In this document: one piece after another, positions 1 through 10,482 of the stretch
Position numbering within the stretch: the first letter of the stretch is position 1
Layout of the letters: every line of letters starts with the position of its first letter
Notes under the pieces: model-generated
The model's database searches: none
What the model was told of the DNA's origin: nothing
The model's input: only the letters and a program-made list of their open reading frames with translations
Translations under genes and position numbers: made by a program
From: Clostridia bacterium
GTDB taxonomy: Bacteria; Bacillota; Clostridia; Oscillospirales; CAG-272
Reading direction: 5' to 3'
Length of the DNA stretch: 55,792 nt
Assembly (NCBI GenBank): GCA_017531765.1
Contig: JAFXKJ010000156.1
Location: 1-55,792, forward strand

Positions 1-304
1 TAACGGATGTGAAACCGCCGTCGATGCACGCCTTGCAGATCTCGAAGTCTGCGCCGTGGTCGAGGTGAAGTGCGAGATCAACGCCGGAATCCTTAACTGC
101 GGCGTTAGCGAGAGCGAGAAGGTACTCCTGCTTTGCGTACTTTCTTGCGCCTGCGGATACCTGAAGAACTACGGGAGACTTGAGCTCGCCTGCAGCCTCA
201 GTGATAGCCTGGATGATCTCCATGTTGTTGATGTTGAAAGCACCGATAGCGTAACCGCCTTCGTAAGCCTTCTTAAACATTTCCTTTGTATTAACAAGTG
301 CCAT
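1..304 (-). CDS. fba: Class II fructose-1,6-bisphosphate aldolase, 5' part (truncated by window edge)
   Basis: Not in ORF track. Manual translation from ATG at 304: MALVNTKEMFKKAYEGGYAIGAFNINNMEIIQAI...LALHLDHG...CIDGGFTSV, with the class II aldolase AFN and HLDHG motifs; SD AGAAAGGA upstream. Confidence 0.95.
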   Translation of the reverse strand, partial: MALVNTKEMFKKAYEGGYAIGAFNINNMEIIQAITEAAGELKSPVVLQVSAGARKYAKQEYLLALANAAVKDSGVDLALHLDHGADFEICKACIDGGFTSV

Positions 305-505
305 GATAGTGATCCTTTCTTGCCCCCGACCTTAGTCGGAGGAATATATATTTTATCCTCTATATTTTACATTGTTTTGCGAAAAAAATCAACCGTATAT
401 TGTAAATTGGGTGAAAAATTTATTAAATTTCGTTTCGCACGTTATTTATAACGATTTTTCGCGAGAAATTATGTTCAATCTGCACCTAAAAAATATAAAA
501 TTCGA

Positions 506-534
506 TTGATTTATTCATGAATTCGTGTTACAAT
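506..534 (+). promoter_or_regulatory. Sigma-A promoter of fucI
   Basis: TTGATT-17bp-TACAAT with TG extended -10. Confidence 0.55.
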
Positions 535-605
535 AATAAGAGAAGGCTACTATTTATGCCGCATTGATCAAAAATAATTTATACATATAAAGGAGACAAA
601 AACCA

Positions 606-2414
606 ATGGCAGAAAGCAGACTTATCGGCAGCTATCCCGTAATCGGTATCCGTCCTACCATCGACGGCCGCCGCGGTCCCCTCAAGGTAAGAGAATCCCT
701 TGAAGATCAGACAATGGCTATGGCAAATGCTGCCGCAAAGCTTATCACCGAAAATCTTTGCTACTCTAACGGAGAGGCTGTAAAGGTAGTAATCGCAGAC
801 ACCACAATCGGACGTGTTGCTGAAAGCGCGGCTTGCGCTGAGAAGTTCAGACGCGAGGGCGTTGACATTACCCTCACCGTTACACCCTGCTGGTGCTACG
901 GCTCTGAGACTATGGATATGGATCCTAACACCATCAAGGCTGTTTGGGGCTTTAACGGTACAGAGCGTCCCGGCGCTGTTTACCTTGCATCCGTTCTCGC
1001 AACACACGCGCAGAAGGGTCTCCCCGCATTCGGTATCTACGGTCACGAAGTACAGAACATCGACGAGGTTACAGACATTCCCGCGGACGTTCAGGAGAAG
1101 ATCCTCCGCTTCGCACGTGCTGCTGTTGCAGTTGCAACAATGCGCGGTAAGTCCTACCTCCAGATCGGCTCCATTTGTATGGGCATCGGCGGCTCCATCA
1201 TCGACTCTAACTTCCTTGAAGACTACCTCGGTATGAGAGTTGAGTCTGTTGACGAGGTTGAGATCATCCGCCGCATGAGTGAGGGCATCTACGATGCTGC
1301 AGAAGTTGCTAAGCTCAAGGAATGGATGAAGGATCACTGCAAGGAAGGCTGGGACAAGAATCCCGACTTCGTTAAGTCATCCGATGAGAAGAAGGCAGAG
1401 CAGTGGGATTTCCTTGCAAAGATGTACTGCATAATCAAGGACCTTATGAACGGCAACAAGAATCTTCCCGAGGGACGCGAGGAAGAGATGGTTGGTCACA
1501 ACGCTATCGCCGCCGGCTTCCAGGGTCAGAGACAGTGGACAGACTTCTATCCCAACTGTGACTTCCCCGAGGCACTTCTCAACTCCACATTCGATCACAA
1601 CGGCGCACGCGAGCCCTACATTCTCGCAACCGAGAACGACGTTCTCAACGGTATCGGTATGCTCTTTATGAAGTTGCTCACAAACCGCGCGCAGATGTTC
1701 TCCGACGTTCGTACATACTGGTCTCCCGAGGCTTGCAAGAGAGCTTCCGGCTATGACGTAACAGGTAAGGCACTTGAGAACGGCGGCTTTATCCACCTTA
1801 TCAACTCCGGTGCTACAGCACTTGACGCTTGCGGTGAGTGCCGCGACGAAAACGGCGAGGCTGTAATGAAGAAGTGGTGGGAGGTTACCGCTGAGGACAT
1901 CGAGACAATGTCTACGGCTACCACATGGCCCGCAGCTGACAACGGCTACTTCAGAGGCGGCGGATTCTCCTCCTCCTTCACAACACGTGCCGAGATGCCC
2001 GCTACCATGATCCGTCTTAACCTCGTGAAGGGTCTCGGTCCGGTTCTTCAGATCGCTGAGGGTTGGACAGTTCAGCTTCCCGACGACGTTACAAAGACTC
2101 TCATGATGAGAACTGACCCCACATGGCCCTGCACATGGTTCACTCCCCGCTGTGACGGCAAGGAGGGCTCACCCTTCAAGACCGCATACGACGTAATGAA
2201 CAACTGGGGCGCAAACCACGGCGCTATCTCCTACGGTCACATCGGTGCGGACCTTATCACTCTTTGCTCCATGCTCCGTATTCCCGTTTGTATGCACAAC
2301 GTAGACTCTGAAAAGATCTTCAGACCTGCGGCATGGAACGCATTCGGTATGGACAAGGAAGGCGCAGACTACAGAGCTTGCGCCGCGTACGGTCCTCTTT
2401 TCAAGAAGAACTGA
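606..2414 (+). CDS. fucI: L-fucose isomerase
   Basis: 602 aa; [39 protein letters not shown] motifs; AAAGGAG SD. Confidence 0.97.
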   Translation: MAESRLIGSYPVIGIRPTIDGRRGPLKVRESLEDQTMAMANAAAKLITENLCYSNGEAVKVVIADTTIGRVAESAACAEKFRREGVDITLTVTPCWCYGSETMDMDPNTIKAVWGFNGTERPGAVYLASVLATHAQKGLPAFGIYGHEVQNIDEVTDIPADVQEKILRFARAAVAVATMRGKSYLQIGSICMGIGGSIIDSNFLEDYLGMRVESVDEVEIIRRMSEGIYDAAEVAKLKEWMKDHCKEGWDKNPDFVKSSDEKKAEQWDFLAKMYCIIKDLMNGNKNLPEGREEEMVGHNAIAAGFQGQRQWTDFYPNCDFPEALLNSTFDHNGAREPYILATENDVLNGIGMLFMKLLTNRAQMFSDVRTYWSPEACKRASGYDVTGKALENGGFIHLINSGATALDACGECRDENGEAVMKKWWEVTAEDIETMSTATTWPAADNGYFRGGGFSSSFTTRAEMPATMIRLNLVKGLGPVLQIAEGWTVQLPDDVTKTLMMRTDPTWPCTWFTPRCDGKEGSPFKTAYDVMNNWGANHGAISYGHIGADLITLCSMLRIPVCMHNVDSEKIFRPAAWNAFGMDKEGADYRACAAYGPLFKKN

Positions 2415-2429
2415 GTTAAGTTAATATAG

Positions 2430-2463
2430 AAAACGGAGTCTCCGCACGGAGGCTCTGTTTTTT
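2430..2463 (+). terminator. Intrinsic terminator of fucI
   Basis: AAACGGAGTCTCCG-CA-CGGAGGCTCTGTTT followed by a T run. Confidence 0.8.
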
Positions 2464-2495
2464 GTGTGGGTGGGGGAAAGGTACCTTCCTTTATT

Positions 2496-2662
2496 GTAGG
2501 GACCGGCGTCGCTGTTTGCAAAGCAAACGATACGGTCCGTCTTGTAAAGATTAGGTTTACGCTTTATCTTAACAAGAAACCAACCTCCTTTTGGTAGGGG
2601 ACGGCGCCTTCGACGTCCCGTTTGCTACGATCAGGTTTACGCTTTATCTTAACAAGAAACCA
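2496..2662 (+). repeat. Two tandem GTAG-type REP-like units, each followed by an identical 30-bp tail
   Basis: GTAGGGACCGGCGTC...ACGGTCCG (2496) and GTAGGGGACGGCGCCTTCGACGTCCCG (2594); AGGTTTACGCTTTATCTTAACAAGAAACCA at 2553-2582 and 2633-2662. Confidence 0.75.
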
Positions 2663-2733
2663 TCTCAAACGGCGAAGTTTCCTCGCTTCGCTCACCTCCT
2701 TGCCTTACCTCCTTAGAGATAACGCCTCACATT

Positions 2734-2757
2734 TCTCGCGTGAGTACTCACGCGAGA
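2734..2757. repeat. Perfect 24-bp palindrome
   Basis: TCTCGCGTGAGT|ACTCACGCGAGA. Confidence 0.9.
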
Positions 2758-2857
2758 GGGGATGATACAAAACAAGAGGTGTACATTCGCTATATGAATC
2801 ACCTATCGGCATACAATATGTTTTTCACGCCAAATATGTGCTTTTTACGCCAAAACA

Positions 2858-2886
2858 TTGACTTTGTCGCATAAAGGTGGTATACT
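2858..2886 (+). promoter_or_regulatory. Sigma-A promoter of the HIT operon
   Basis: TTGACT-17bp-TATACT with TG extended -10. Confidence 0.7.
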
Positions 2887-2919
2887 GTAATCTCAAAAAA
2901 CATAACGGAGGAACAAATT

Positions 2920-3393
2920 ATGTGTCTTATCTGTAACGTGATCGATATGATCAAACGAGGCGAGAATCCTTACTTTGTAAGAGAGCTTGAAACGGGATAT
3001 GTTGTAATCGGAAATCATCAGTATTTCCCCGGTTATTCACTGTTCTTGTGTAAGGAACATACGACGGAGCTTTTCTACCTTGAAGACGATTTCAGAGACA
3101 AATTTATGCGCGAAATGTCAATGGTTGCTGAGGCTGTGATGATTGCTTTCGGTGCGGATAAGATGAATTATGAGCTTCTTGGGAACGAGGATTCCCACGT
3201 TCACTGGCACCTTTATCCGAGAAGAAAAGGTGACCTTGAAGATTACAGTTATAACGGAAAGGGTGGTCCTGTTTGGTATGTGCCGTGGAGTATTATGGGA
3301 CATGAGAAGTATGTTGTCACCGGAGACAAGCTTGAAGAAATGAAGACAGCTTTGTCCGCGGCACTTGATACAGTAATGGAAAAGAGGGGTTAA
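2920..3393 (+). CDS. HIT (histidine triad) family hydrolase
   Basis: N-terminal CxxC, KMNYELLGN, HVHWH triad; GGAGG SD. Confidence 0.9.
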   Translation: MCLICNVIDMIKRGENPYFVRELETGYVVIGNHQYFPGYSLFLCKEHTTELFYLEDDFRDKFMREMSMVAEAVMIAFGADKMNYELLGNEDSHVHWHLYPRRKGDLEDYSYNGKGGPVWYVPWSIMGHEKYVVTGDKLEEMKTALSAALDTVMEKRG

Positions 3394-3397
3394 CGAT

Positions 3398-4030
3398 ATG
3401 CCGCTTCCTATGGTACATTTAGGTGTTGCAAAGCATCTTGCAGACAAGTTTTCTATTGAAGACCTCAGTAGTTTTTACCTCGGATCAATCGCTCCCGACG
3501 GTATTTATACAAGAGAAGGGTTTACAAGAGAACAAAAACTAAAAAATCATCTTATTCCTGCTGACAGACCGAGAACAGTTGAAGATATTCTTGATTTTCT
3601 CCGTGAACACAGTGATTTCTCTGATAAATCATTTGTTCTCGGATATACGGTACACATTTTGACAGATCAGCTATATAACGAATCTGTTTATAAAGTCTAT
3701 CTTGAAAGGTATAATGCTGACACTTCACCGATTCAGGATAAAACTTGGGCTTATTATAATGATACGGATATTCTCGATTTTGAGCTGTTCAAAAGAGCCG
3801 ATTGGCGAGAAGAAGTGTGGAGTTATCTTGGGAAAAGCCACGGCAGTACGGTTGACGGTTATATAACTTCCGAAGAAGCGGAAAAATGGCGCGACAGAAC
3901 CCTCCGATGGTATGACAGCGGTGAAAGTGAACACAAAAATCCCGTAAAGTATATCACATACGATGATCAGTGGAAATTTACTGTAGATGCCGCGGAGAAA
4001 ATATTTGATTTGATATCGGATGTTTTTTAA
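3398..4030 (+). CDS. Zinc-dependent phospholipase C-like / metal-dependent hydrolase
   Basis: MPLPMVH, FYLGSIAPD, GYTVHILTD, YYND metal-ligand pattern; 4 bp after the HIT gene. Confidence 0.7.
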   Translation: MPLPMVHLGVAKHLADKFSIEDLSSFYLGSIAPDGIYTREGFTREQKLKNHLIPADRPRTVEDILDFLREHSDFSDKSFVLGYTVHILTDQLYNESVYKVYLERYNADTSPIQDKTWAYYNDTDILDFELFKRADWREEVWSYLGKSHGSTVDGYITSEEAEKWRDRTLRWYDSGESEHKNPVKYITYDDQWKFTVDAAEKIFDLISDVF

Positions 4031-4075
4031 TTATGAGGTGAGTTAATAGGAGACACTACCTTGCCGCTTCATTTT

Positions 4076-4092
4076 TTTAACCATCGGTTAAA
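4076..4092. promoter_or_regulatory. Palindromic operator, XRE box copy 1
   Basis: TTTAACC-ATC-GGTTAAA, 20 bp upstream of TTGTAA-17-TATAAT (4113-4141). Confidence 0.65.
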
Positions 4093-4193
4093 TTATGTTG
4101 CGTGTGTGTACCTTGTAAACTGAATTTCAACGGTATATAATATAATCACAAACACCGGTGAATGAATTAATATTGTAAAACGAGGTATACAAA

Positions 4194-5318
4194 ATGAATC
4201 TTTATATAGGCGAAAATATAAAACGTCTCCGTAAGCTAAAAAACATAACGCAGGAGACATTGGCTGACCGTATGCACGTGTCGTGTGCCGCGGTGTCAAA
4301 ATGGGAGAGAGGTGAGACACTTCCCGATATCAGCATGGTAATTCCTCTTGCCTCTTATTTCGGCGTATCAACAGACGAGCTTCTCGGACTTGACCACGCA
4401 AAAAACGAGGAAGCTATCCTGAAATATATCAGCGAAGCGGAACGCCTTGCATCTGTCGGAAAAGCTTTTGAACGTTTTGACCTGATAAAGAAAGCTTATG
4501 CGGAATTTCCCAACGATTGGCGCATAGTTGACCTATATCTGTGGCAGCTTCAATACGATCCCAACTGCGAATGTCCTTACGGCAACGAGGTACACAAGAA
4601 TGAGCTTTATGCGCTATGTGAGCGCGTGCTTGAGGAATGTACCGTGGATAAGGTACGTTATTCGGCACTCTCTATCCTCGGCGGACTATATAATCTTGAC
4701 GGTGAACGTGATAAGGCTGTCGAAACCGCAAAACGTTTTCCTCAGTACTGGATGACCGAAGGCGAGGAGCTTGAGGGATGCTATATGGACGATAATGCAC
4801 AGTGGCTGAAGCAGGTACGCCGTAACATTTGGGATCTGACGATGCAGCTGCACGTTAAGCTTCGCAACACTGCACATCATGATAACACCATTGACTCGCA
4901 TGAGACGATCAAGTATCTAAAAAAGGATGTGGATCTGATAAAAATGATATTTGACGACGGTGATTTGGGATTTTATAATATTGAACTGAGCGAGGTATAT
5001 ATGTGGATCGCCAACAGATACGTTATGGTGGGTGATCTTGATCATGCGTTTGAATATTACGAACTCAGCTTCACTCATGCTAAAGAATACGACACATTAC
5101 CCAAGCTCATCACACACACTTCTTTCTTCGTTAAAGACGTACCGCTGGATATGTCTAAGACTAACTCAGATATTGAAGAAAATAGCGTTACGTGTCAAAT
5201 AAACAAGCTTCGTTCATGGGGTGTTTGGGAAACGGTCAAGGATACGCCTCAGATGAAGGCGATCATCGAAAAGTACGAGCCGTTTATGGGTAAGAAGAAG
5301 GATTATTCACGATCATAA
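4194..5318 (+). CDS. XRE-family HTH regulator with helical/TPR-like C-terminal domain
   Basis: IGENIKRLRK..TQETLA..VSCAAVSKWERGETLPDI; about 300 aa alpha-helical tail. Confidence 0.85.
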   Translation: MNLYIGENIKRLRKLKNITQETLADRMHVSCAAVSKWERGETLPDISMVIPLASYFGVSTDELLGLDHAKNEEAILKYISEAERLASVGKAFERFDLIKKAYAEFPNDWRIVDLYLWQLQYDPNCECPYGNEVHKNELYALCERVLEECTVDKVRYSALSILGGLYNLDGERDKAVETAKRFPQYWMTEGEELEGCYMDDNAQWLKQVRRNIWDLTMQLHVKLRNTAHHDNTIDSHETIKYLKKDVDLIKMIFDDGDLGFYNIELSEVYMWIANRYVMVGDLDHAFEYYELSFTHAKEYDTLPKLITHTSFFVKDVPLDMSKTNSDIEENSVTCQINKLRSWGVWETVKDTPQMKAIIEKYEPFMGKKKDYSRS

Positions 5319-5417
5319 GCTTTATATCAACAAAAGCGGCACGTCTCTCATTAGTATAATATTTATTTTTGGTTGGATTTTTCAACTAAAAAATAAGCAA
5401 TAGCCGTAATTTGAGCC

Positions 5418-5450
5418 AAAAAAAACGGACGAGGTCAAACTCGTCCGTTT
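5418..5450 (-). terminator. Intrinsic terminator of ftsZ (possibly bidirectional)
   Basis: AAACGGACGAG-GTCAAA-CTCGTCCGTTT preceded by an A run. Confidence 0.8.
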
Positions 5451-5464
5451 AATATTGTCTATAA

Positions 5465-6568
5465 TCAGTTCTTGCCTCTCTTGAGCATACTGATGATCTC
5501 GGAGATATCATCGTCGGAAACGTTGGACTCTGCAATCTCGGGCATCTCTTCCTTGGGAGCAGGAGCTGCCTTGGGCGCGGGAGCATTTTCCTTCTGAATA
5601 CTGCAGTTATTTGCACTGTTGTCAAATCCTGTAGCAATGATAGTGATCTTCATTCTATCCTCAAGCTCAGGATCGAATGCAACACCCCAGATAACGGTTG
5701 CCTCATCACTTGCCTGATCGGCAATGAGAGAAGAAGCGGTATCGATATCGGAAAGCTCAATATCGGGAGATGCGGTAATGGATACAAGAATACCCATAGC
5801 ACCGTGGATAGTTGTCTCGAGAAGGGGACTGGAGATAGCGTTCATAGCTGCTGTCTCTGCCTTATCCTTACCGGAGCCTTCTCCGATACCCATGTGAGCG
5901 TAACCTGCATCCTTCATGATGGTGGTAACGTCAGCAAAGTCAAGGTTGAGGTACTGAGGAACACTGATAAGCTCGGAGATGCTCTGTACACCGTGGCTGA
6001 GAACATCGTCAGCTACCTTGAATGCGTTCATGAGAGTGATCTTCTCACCGATATCCTTCAACTTTTCGTTGGGGATGATGATGAGAGAGTCAACAAACTG
6101 GCTGAGGCACGCAATACCCTTTTCAGCCTGAGCCATTCTCTTGGGTCCCTCAAACTTGAAAGGCTTTGTTACGATACCTACGGTAAGGATACCCATCTCC
6201 TGAGCGAGACGAGCTACTACGGGAGCCGCACCGGTGCCTGTACCGCCGCCCATACCTGCGGTTACAAACACCATATCAGCGCCGCTGATGGCATTCTTGA
6301 TCTCTTCAATATTTTCTTCTGCCGCACGTGCACCAACCTCAGGGTTAGCACCTGCGCCGTGACCCTTAGTGATCTTCTCACCGATCGGAACCTTTACGGT
6401 TGCGCTGGAGTGAAGAAGGGACTGACTGTCTGTGTTGATGGAAATAAAATCAACACCGCGTACGTTTGTTGTGATCATTCTGTTGATAGCGTTGTTTCCG
6501 CCGCCGCCAACACCTATGACCTTTATGTTTACTTTGCTCTGGGTGTTATCGTTGAACTCAAATGGCAT
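5465..6568 (-). CDS. ftsZ: Cell division GTPase FtsZ
   Basis: [29 protein letters not shown]. Confidence 0.98.
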   Translation of the reverse strand: MPFEFNDNTQSKVNIKVIGVGGGGNNAINRMITTNVRGVDFISINTDSQSLLHSSATVKVPIGEKITKGHGAGANPEVGARAAEENIEEIKNAISGADMVFVTAGMGGGTGTGAAPVVARLAQEMGILTVGIVTKPFKFEGPKRMAQAEKGIACLSQFVDSLIIIPNEKLKDIGEKITLMNAFKVADDVLSHGVQSISELISVPQYLNLDFADVTTIMKDAGYAHMGIGEGSGKDKAETAAMNAISSPLLETTIHGAMGILVSITASPDIELSDIDTASSLIADQASDEATVIWGVAFDPELEDRMKITIIATGFDNSANNCSIQKENAPAPKAAPAPKEEMPEIAESNVSDDDISEIISMLKRGKN

Positions 6569-6786
6569 TGTTTTGCCTCCTTATCAAATTTTTACTTCTG
6601 ATAAAATAATTCTACACCTAATATTTTATACCAAAACTTGATTTTTTGCAAGTGTTTTTTGAAAATATTTTAGGCAAATACTCAAAAATCGGCATATTTT
6701 TTTGTTTTTTTTGACCTTTTTGAGTGGCAAAAACAGTCGTATTTGTATTTTAGTCGATTGTCTAACGGTTTTTGGCGTATATCTAA

Positions 6787-7770
6787 CTATTCAAGTTCCA
6801 TCAAATTGTCAATTATGACTCCCGTTTTTCCGTCAGTGGTAAGGTCAATTTTAACCTTGTTATCGGTCTTGAACATATCATCTTCAAGCACCTTTGACGC
6901 GGTCTTTAATTTGTACAGAACGTTCTCATCGTCACCGAATACGAGCTTGAATTTGCCGTCAACTACCATTGTAATGTCAAACTGATCTCTAACATCCACA
7001 AGGGTAACTCTTTCAGCAAGGGGAGAGTTCATCATATTCTGAAGAATGTCTCTTATATCGCGATCCCGTTTTTCACCCGCAAAAGTTATGACTCTTCCCG
7101 TCACCGCATATTTGATCTGCGGCAGCTTCAGCTTGATCAGCCCCTTTGGTACTTCTTCCGTGTCATTTAATGTTTCAAGCACTCGCAAATTATCAGAAAG
7201 AATTTTGTATTCACCGAAAACATCCACGTAGAACACCGCCTTATCTTCAACGACGGTAATCTTCACGTCCCCGGGCATCGTCCTGTCCACCTCTACGCTC
7301 TTGATGTAGGGACAATTAAGGGTTATATTATTTTCAACAGAGCTTGCTCTGAAGGAGTACAGATTTACCCCCTCACCTATTCCCGAGGCTTCAAGAAGCT
7401 CTTCAACACTGTATTTACCGTTCCCCGTAATTTCAATGTTCTTGACTACGAATACCAGCTTGTACACCGCAAGCATCATCATTACGAAAAGAACAAGGAT
7501 AATTAGGAAAAGGACAAGTCCTCTTTTGCGTTTGATGAACTTTCGTCTCTCTCCCGCCTCACGTCTTGCCTCACTCAGTTTTTCTTTACCTCGCGCGGAA
7601 ATCCGCGAAGGCTTTTCTTCCTCGGGCGAAGCATCGTTTCCGTTATCTTTTTCCTCATCGAAATTATAGACCTTACCGCGGTACATCTGCGTTCTGTCCT
7701 CTTTGTTCCCGTGAAAGCTGCGTCCTACAGCACCGCTGTAGAAGTCACCGTCAACACGTTTCCCGATCAC
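6787..7770 (-). CDS. ftsQ: Cell division protein FtsQ/DivIB
   Basis: Single TM then POTRA-like VKNIEITGN...PYIKSVEVDRTMPGDVKITVVE; position between murG and ftsZ. Confidence 0.85.
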   Translation of the reverse strand: MIGKRVDGDFYSGAVGRSFHGNKEDRTQMYRGKVYNFDEEKDNGNDASPEEEKPSRISARGKEKLSEARREAGERRKFIKRKRGLVLFLIILVLFVMMMLAVYKLVFVVKNIEITGNGKYSVEELLEASGIGEGVNLYSFRASSVENNITLNCPYIKSVEVDRTMPGDVKITVVEDKAVFYVDVFGEYKILSDNLRVLETLNDTEEVPKGLIKLKLPQIKYAVTGRVITFAGEKRDRDIRDILQNMMNSPLAERVTLVDVRDQFDITMVVDGKFKLVFGDDENVLYKLKTASKVLEDDMFKTDNKVKIDLTTDGKTGVIIDNLMELE

Positions 7771-7807
7771 GACACTCCCCCCCTTACGAATTTGATTTTT
7801 CTGAGTT

Positions 7808-8938
7808 TTACTTCTTTTCCTCGATCAGCTTTTTTATATCTTTGTAGATCAGATCGTTTGATCCTTCCACGGCGAATTCTCTTATTCTCTCTGACATTAT
7901 CCGTCTTTCATTCTCGCCTTCATCGGAAAGGAGACCTGCCACGGCATCAATAAGCACACCTGTGGAGTTTGCAAGCTCGCTCTCCTCGAACACAAATGCC
8001 GCACCCGCATCGGCAAGAACCTTTGCGTTCTTGTACTGATGATTCTCGGTTACGTTGGGAGACGGAATGAATATGGGACACTTCCCTGCGGAAGCAAGCT
8101 CCGATATTGTAAGCGCACCCGCACGGCAGATTATAATATCAGCCGCCGCCATTTTAACGGGCATATCGTAGATATACTCAACAAGCTGAAGGTTTTCGTA
8201 TTTCGTAAGCCCCAGCTTTTTGAACTCTGCCTTGGCAATATCTCTTTCAATGGTACCCGTTGCATGGATGTGAAGCACCTCGGGATGCTTTGAAGAGTAG
8301 CTCTTCATCAGTTTAAGGACAGCTTCGTTGACCTTTTCGGCACCAAGACTTCCACCATAGGAAAGGATTATCTTCTGATATTTAGGATCGATCTTAAGCT
8401 TTTCTCTTGCCTCTTCTCTTGTGAGACGGGCAAAATCACCCGAAAGCGGATTTCCCACTCTGAGGAGCTTATCACGGCACTTCAACGTTTTTCCCGTTGC
8501 CTCAAAGTTAAGGTATATTCTATCAACCTTATCCTGAAGCATCTTTACAGCCACGCCTGCTATTGCATTGGATTCATGGAGCACGCAGGGCACGCCCATC
8601 ATTGATGCCGCTTTAACTACGGGCCAGCATACGTATCCACCCGTTCCGATCACAATGTCTGGTTTGAATTCACGGATGAGCTTTTTAGCCTTATATGGGG
8701 ACGTTGCGGCAAGCCAAAACGCTCTGATATTTGCAGGAGAGAGAGAACGTCTGATACCGCGGATGTCCACGTGGCGAAGCTCGTAGCCCTTTGCGGGAAC
8801 CAGCTTATTTTCGATGCCCCGTGAGGTTCCGACGAAAATGATCTCGGAATCCGGCTCGTATTTTCTGATTGTTTCAGCGATGGACAGCGCGGGATTAACG
8901 TGGCCTCCCGTACCTCCGCCCGTCAAAATAACTCGCAT
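7808..8938 (-). CDS. murG: MurG GlcNAc transferase (start moved to MRVIL)
   Basis: GGGTGGHVNPA, GTGGYV, HESN, GGSLGA, CRAGA, HQYKNA. Confidence 0.97.
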   Translation of the reverse strand: MRVILTGGGTGGHVNPALSIAETIRKYEPDSEIIFVGTSRGIENKLVPAKGYELRHVDIRGIRRSLSPANIRAFWLAATSPYKAKKLIREFKPDIVIGTGGYVCWPVVKAASMMGVPCVLHESNAIAGVAVKMLQDKVDRIYLNFEATGKTLKCRDKLLRVGNPLSGDFARLTREEAREKLKIDPKYQKIILSYGGSLGAEKVNEAVLKLMKSYSSKHPEVLHIHATGTIERDIAKAEFKKLGLTKYENLQLVEYIYDMPVKMAAADIIICRAGALTISELASAGKCPIFIPSPNVTENHQYKNAKVLADAGAAFVFEESELANSTGVLIDAVAGLLSDEGENERRIMSERIREFAVEGSNDLIYKDIKKLIEEKK

Positions 8939-9040
8939 AATAACCTCCACACAGCCTGAGGCTGCAAAATATACGTTAAGCGGACCGTCATCGGTTTGAT
9001 GTCCGTCAAGCTTTCACGCCAATTTAAGAATATTTTATAT

Positions 9041-10456
9041 TTATATAGATTTTTTTCTGTAATACTGCTTTGATATGGATAGGATTATTCCCATCTCCAG
9101 CATCAGCATGAGCAGCGACGACCCTCCGTATGAGAAGAACGGGAGGGAAATTCCCGTGTTGGGAATAATGTCGCAGACGACCATCATATTGAGAAATGCC
9201 TGCAACGCCACCTGAGTTGTGATACCGAAAACCGTAAGCATTGAAAAGGTATCAGGTGCGCGCATTGCTATTACGTAGCCTCTCCAAATGAATAGAAGGA
9301 ACAGTCCGATAAGAAGAACAGCTCCCACAAAGCCAAGCTCTTCACACCAAATTGTATAAATAAAGTCGTTGTGTGCCTCCGACACATAACCGAATTTCTG
9401 ACGGCTTTCCGAGAACCCCACACCGAAGAGACCGCCCGAGCCGATGGCAAGTACACCTTGAGTTGTCTGCCAGTCTTCAGCCAGGGCATTGGCATTTTCC
9501 GAGGTAAAGGTGGTAATGCGTTTAAGGGCGTAAGGGTTATTCATAAGATATACTACCGCCGCACTCAAACCCGCTACAAGAGCAGTTACGGAAGTATAAA
9601 TAAAGTGACAGCCGCCCACAAGCATTACCGCCACACCAATGGCGCAAACGATAAAGGTTCCCGACAAATGCTTTCCCAAAAGAACGAACCCGCCTGCAAT
9701 TCCGATAAAGCACAGCGGCAAGAGAGTATTTCTTACATATGTGCCGAGGATGCCGTTTCGCTCCTTCATTTTTTCGCGGTATTTGTCGATGTACCATGCA
9801 AGGATCAGCACAATGGCGAACTTCATGATCTCGGATGGCTGTACGTTGATTCCCGCAACATTGATCCATCTCTTGGCTCCCTTTACGGTAACACCTATGA
9901 ACGGAACAGCAATCAACAAAAGCAGGGCAAATAGGTAAGCCGCAATAGCACCCCACTTTTTATACCATGTATAGGGGACCATTGATGCGACGAACATTAA
10001 GATACCGCCTGCCAAAGCAAATCCAAGATGCTTTTTCAGATAATAAAAGCTGTCGCCGTACTCATCCATCGCAGAAGGGTAGCTTGCGCTGTATACCATA
10101 AGTGCGCCAAATGCCACAAGCAGAACGACCAAAGCAAGCATAAGCTTGTCGACGCCTCCGCGGACTCTTTCCACCTCCTGCTGCCACTCTTCTTCACGTT
10201 TTACGGCAGCCAAGGCTCTGTTTTCGCGGCGCGGTACCACAGCTCTGCCTTTTTCGGAATTTCTTCCCACGGCAAGCCTTCTGCCACCGGCTCCCATAGT
10301 AACGCGAGGACGGTTGGAAGCATTCTCCGATGTACCTTGTCTCGTATTTTTCGGAGCATTTGCGCCCCTCTTTGAATCGTAACCTGCCGCGCCTCTGTTC
10401 AAGTTCTGAGGGCGACGTACGGCACGGGGGGGTCTCTTTTTATCATTGTTATTCAT
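9041..10456 (-). CDS. ftsW: SEDS peptidoglycan polymerase FtsW/SpoVE with basic N-terminal extension
   Basis: GAKRWI, QPSE, HNDFIY..EELG, TGISLPFFSYGGSS. Confidence 0.93.
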   Translation of the reverse strand: MNNNDKKRPPRAVRRPQNLNRGAAGYDSKRGANAPKNTRQGTSENASNRPRVTMGAGGRRLAVGRNSEKGRAVVPRRENRALAAVKREEEWQQEVERVRGGVDKLMLALVVLLVAFGALMVYSASYPSAMDEYGDSFYYLKKHLGFALAGGILMFVASMVPYTWYKKWGAIAAYLFALLLLIAVPFIGVTVKGAKRWINVAGINVQPSEIMKFAIVLILAWYIDKYREKMKERNGILGTYVRNTLLPLCFIGIAGGFVLLGKHLSGTFIVCAIGVAVMLVGGCHFIYTSVTALVAGLSAAVVYLMNNPYALKRITTFTSENANALAEDWQTTQGVLAIGSGGLFGVGFSESRQKFGYVSEAHNDFIYTIWCEELGFVGAVLLIGLFLLFIWRGYVIAMRAPDTFSMLTVFGITTQVALQAFLNMMVVCDIIPNTGISLPFFSYGGSSLLMLMLEMGIILSISKQYYRKKSI

Positions 10457-10482
10457 GCCTTTGCCCTCCTTTTAATCTGAAA

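Noticed and set aside
56-451. 131-aa plus-strand ORF
   Set aside because: Antisense shadow of the partial fba gene
579-1337. 252-aa minus ORF, plus similar shadows (5804-6601, 13808-14416, 23158-23847, 47292-47915)
   Set aside because: Opposite-strand mirrors of fucI, ftsZ, murE, gatA/gatC and an SBP; no independent evidence
2553-2662. Two identical 30-mers considered as a mini-CRISPR
   Set aside because: Only two copies, the intervening DNA is itself a REP hairpin, and there are no cas genes
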